NCBI GenBank assembly: GCA_002104905.1
Contig: MCFE01000821.1
Span: forward strand, 1-33,355
Source of the DNA: Basidiobolus meristosporus CBS 931.73
Lineage: Eukaryota; Fungi; Basidiobolomycota
Reading direction: 5' to 3'
Length of the DNA stretch: 33,355 nt
Positions 31,501-33,355 of the stretch are shown here, piece by piece. Under the pieces are notes generated by a model that searched no databases, was not told where the DNA came from, and saw only the letters and a list, made by a program, of their open reading frames with translations. How positions within the stretch are numbered: the stretch's first letter is position 1; every line of letters begins with the position of its first letter. A program made the translations under genes and the position numbers.

Positions 31501-31622
31501 TCCAATGCAGAGTTATCTCCCAGATAAACCTTTCTTACGGGAATAGTCTTTAAGTTGCTGAACCAATCCTTTATACCACAAATATGCTGTGATGCTCCAG
31601 AGTCAATGTACCATTCATTACT
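28533..31622 (-). CDS. pol: Copia-2 Pol frame (PR-IN-RT-RNase H), 1029 sense codons, no in-frame ATG before the protease site; RT motif mutated
   Basis: The frame is open 39 codons upstream of the listed 990-aa ORF and contains EWYIDSGASQH. Also WHRRLGH, HSDICGP, LRSDNGGEY, QQNGVAE, HQMDVKTAFLNG, LYGLKQAPRAW, LYVDNQII, YSDSDWG, KHIDIQHHF, ADILTKPL. Confidence 0.95.
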   Translation of the reverse strand, partial: SNEWYIDSGASQHICGIKDWFSNLKTIPVRKVYLGDNSALEATASGSIQLNMSDNSGATTAKLTDVLYVPGIAKNLLSVSRATTQGLKFVFTKLSCSILSENGQKLGLEIRDHNIYKLQCKIIVPEYVNIAETDETNWETWHRRLGHIGEQKMSQLVKNQLVLGLKYSIPIKLNVCKGCSYGKQARQRFKNSEGINTTEILPIVHSDICGPMRTLSFGAKRYFMTFIDDKTRYTWVYFLKTKDEALETFKHFKNIAETQTGCKLKVLRSDNGGEYCSKKFAKYCLSTGILQQTTDPHTPQQNGVAECANRTIVEMGRSMLHDKGMDYKFWAESVATAVYIKNRCPTTALRDATPFEAYTDKKPDLQHLRIFGSNVFYHIPDKKCSKLEPKSRKGIFLGYCEDTKGYRVYDGKIQKLIKSRDVVFEENSDQKATEIIGQLPDDAINTNEEDTYQIQPEMEDTSTSSRSEQIIPVRRSTRIRNAPGSWWQTSNDHEEAYLTLCAKPQNLEQAMQGPDATKWQQAMREEYQSLIKAKTWELVDLPNGRKPIGCRWVYKIKITSNGAVDKYKARLVAKGYSQIQGLDFKETFAPVAKLNSIRTVLALAAVHSLDLHQMDVKTAFLNGDLQETIYMEQPEGFTDPKSPHKVCKLRKLLYGLKQAPRAWYNKIDTYLEEIGFSCSTAEHSIYVKQLKKGVIILVLYVDNQIIATSDQEALKQTKSDLLSKFEMKDLGKLSYFLGIEVKFNIPAQKIVLNQSKYIRDILRCFKMENCKPAATPMDNNLKLSKSQPVIDENGSNMDQNFPYQSMVGSLMYLMVSTRPDIAVAVGIVSQFMQNYGSDQIAAVKRIFRYLQGTINMVLEYSGATNRQKFDGYSDSDWGRDLIDRRSTTGYVFLYAGAAITWNCKKQPTVALSTTEAKYMAACQATKEAIWLQKLFKDLGFNSGEPTCIYKDNQSCISLARNLTNHARTKHIDIQHHFVREAVENSLVELVYCPTDKMVADILTKPLARSQFEILREKLGLRNYLVEGGC
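28539..28547 (-). other. Polypurine tract of Copia-2
   Basis: GAGGGGGGG on the - strand, abutting the 3' LTR. Confidence 0.92.
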
Positions 31623-32450
31623 TTAGTTACTTGCACTCTCTTGTACAGTGACAAATAACTGTTCATCAGTAGTTAAATGGTTTGCCTGCTCTAGTTTCTG
31701 TTTTTTGTCTGCTTGTTTCTTCTTGCATTCTCTTGCCCAGTGTCCTGGCTTCTTACAGTAGTTACAGCAGCCAGGTTTTCTTTGGTTTTGTTGCTTTCCC
31801 TTCTTTTCTGTATGTCTTTCTGAACTGAATAAAGCATTATCCTCAATTTTCTCTGCTTGATCATTACGTTTGAGTTCTTCATGGAGAAGTCTTCCTTTGA
31901 CATAGTCTAAAGTCAAGTTGTCTTCTCTGCTTTCAAAAGAAAGTATGAGTGGCTCATACTTGTCTGGTAGGCTGCAAAGCAGACAGAGTATCTTTTCTTC
32001 ATCATCTACACCAGCATTAATACTGTAATGTTCTTCTGCAAGTGTCTCCATTCTGGTAATGAGTTGCAGCATGTCATCATCTGGCTTTTTTCTCATGTTG
32101 AAGAGCTTTTGTTTCAAATAAAGCTTGCTTGATACTGACTTTGCTCTAAATATCTTCTCTAAGGATTCCCATGCTGCTTTGGCAGTATTTGAGGCATGGA
32201 TTTGTCCAATGAAGGAGTCTTGCACATTGATGCATATTGCATTGAAGGCCTTTCTCTCCTTCTCTTGAAACTTCTCCACATCTTCTGCTGTTCCTTTGGG
32301 CTCAACTTCCTTTCCTGTTACTATGTTCCAAAGCTTTCTTTCCTCAAGGTGGATCTGCATCTTGACTCTCCAAAGTCTGTAGTTTTTCCCATCAAACCTC
32401 TCCTTTACAGGGAAGATGTTGGTATTGCTTTGTTTGCTGGTAGAAGTCAT
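31623..32450 (-). CDS. gag: Copia-2 Gag (275 aa)
   Basis: RFDGKNYRLWRVKMQIHLEERKLW, LLCSLPDKYEPL and zinc knuckle CNYCKKPGHWAREC. Ends at an in-frame TAA. Confidence 0.95.
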   Translation of the reverse strand: MTSTSKQSNTNIFPVKERFDGKNYRLWRVKMQIHLEERKLWNIVTGKEVEPKGTAEDVEKFQEKERKAFNAICINVQDSFIGQIHASNTAKAAWESLEKIFRAKSVSSKLYLKQKLFNMRKKPDDDMLQLITRMETLAEEHYSINAGVDDEEKILCLLCSLPDKYEPLILSFESREDNLTLDYVKGRLLHEELKRNDQAEKIEDNALFSSERHTEKKGKQQNQRKPGCCNYCKKPGHWARECKKKQADKKQKLEQANHLTTDEQLFVTVQESASN

Positions 32451-32472
32451 CTTTAGAATAGATTAAGGCAAT

Positions 32473-32486
32473 CAGGGCTCATAACC
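32473..32486 (-). other. Primer-binding site of Copia-2, complementary to the anticodon stem-loop of fungal-type tRNA-iMet
   Basis: GGTTATGAGCCCTG abuts the 5' LTR. Its complement CAGGGCTCATAACC is the anticodon-arm sequence of yeast initiator tRNA-Met as I recall it. Confidence 0.88.
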
Positions 32487-32855
32487 TGTTGCAATTTAAG
32501 AAGTGATTTGGATATAAGGAACTTATCAAGAAATAGTGATAATAGTTGAACTGTTGTTTATTCATAAAGAAGCTCAGTATTTATACCTTTGTAGAAGTAA
32601 TACAGCTGCAACACTAAGTAGTGAGGGTTTCTCAATATTCAGGAGCATTCTGTAACAGTTTCAGGGTTAGTACATAATGTTTGGTAATAGTGCTAATTTG
32701 ATCCTGACTATAGGGGAATAATCATAAGATTATATATCTGGAGAAAGTGGCAAAGTTAAGGCAGTAAATGAGTCCTACAGTGACTAAGACTAGCCTAGAA
32801 TTGTTAAGTAAATTTTTAGCTGCTGAATGATACCAAATAGTCCAATATTTCAACA
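32487..32855 (-). repeat. 5' LTR of Copia-2
   Basis: Identical to 28170-28538 except for one transition. Confidence 0.98.
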
Positions 32856-33355
32856 TTCACTGGGTGCAATAATCTCCAGCAAAAGCTTGCTAGGAATACT
32901 TGGGTTCTGTCTCTAATCTGATGTGATGGGGAATAAAGCCACAAGCCTGTCAAGGGAAAACTTTTGAGCTACAATCCCCAACTTAGTTGGCATCTTAACA
33001 AAGGTATGTGCTGGGTTCAGCATCTTTTGAGATGGCAATGTACTAAAGCCTCCAAAATCAAAACAACTGTAAACTCCACCAGCAGGGACTTGATAAGAAT
33101 GCAGCTGTGGTCCATAGTTACAAAGACAGAGAAGTATCTTAGCCTGAACAAGAACAAACTTGGGAAAGAATCAAGTATAGTAAAAGATACCTACTCTGAG
33201 TATTCCTCACAAGTAGTGCCTACAAGGTCAGTTGGCTGTCAGCACAGTTTCCTAAGAGTGTCCTGTGGTCTGGGGTTGGAAGCTCAGGTAGCAGCAGGTA
33301 GCAATGATCACACTAATCAACAAGTTGGTATATTGATAAAAGGGATGATGATTTA

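Larger units (their letters stand above)
28170..32855 (-). mobile_element. Young, structurally complete Ty1/Copia retrotransposon (Copia-2, 4686 bp)
   Basis: 369-bp LTRs differing only at 28438 (A) versus 32755 (G). Perfect TSD TTCAC (28165-28169 and 32856-32860). PBS, PPT and gag-PR-IN-RT-RH in one frame. Confidence 0.99.

Noticed and set aside
29536-32456. ORFs 29536-29898, 30151-30336, 30374-30661, 30811-31146, 31691-31903 and 32196-32456 as separate genes
   Set aside because: They are antisense or alternative-frame shadows of Copia-2 gag-pol with no recognisable motifs.
32470-32490. tRNA-Met gene fragment
   Set aside because: Only 14 nt match and they abut an LTR. This is a primer-binding site, not a tRNA gene.
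28170-32855. Calling Copia-2 an autonomous active element
   Set aside because: The RT motif is YVDN, other conserved residues are altered, and the status of the gag/pol stop is unresolved.

Overview
This 33.4-kb window is eukaryotic, AT-rich and almost free of CpG. I could not support any host gene in it: it is a nested pile of transposable elements. The host is probably a fungus, because the primer-binding site of the youngest element matches fungal-type initiator tRNA-Met (inference). Contents: (1) an old, decayed full-length Ty1/Copia element at 398-5057 (+). (2) A young Ty1/Copia element at 28170-32855 (-) with LTRs differing at 1 of 369 bp and a perfect TTCAC target-site duplication (TSD). 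Its single gag-pol frame is split by one in-frame TAA just before the protease, and its reverse transcriptase (RT) motif reads YVDN instead of YVDD. (3) At least eight truncated pieces of one CACTA/EnSpm-like DNA transposon family, with a transposase and a divergently oriented accessory ORF carrying unknown repeated domains. (4) A PIF/Harbinger/ISL2EU-like (DDE_Tnp_4) family nested into itself, with an unknown second ORF. (5) A 226-bp foldback MITE. (6) Four solo LTRs, one inserted inside another, and two Ty3/Gypsy relics. The most interesting signals are the gag/pol in-frame stop, a TpCpG-biased C-to-T hypermutation signature, and the two uncharacterised accessory ORFs. All alignments and counts were done by eye. 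Boundaries of degenerate fragments are approximate (tens of bp).
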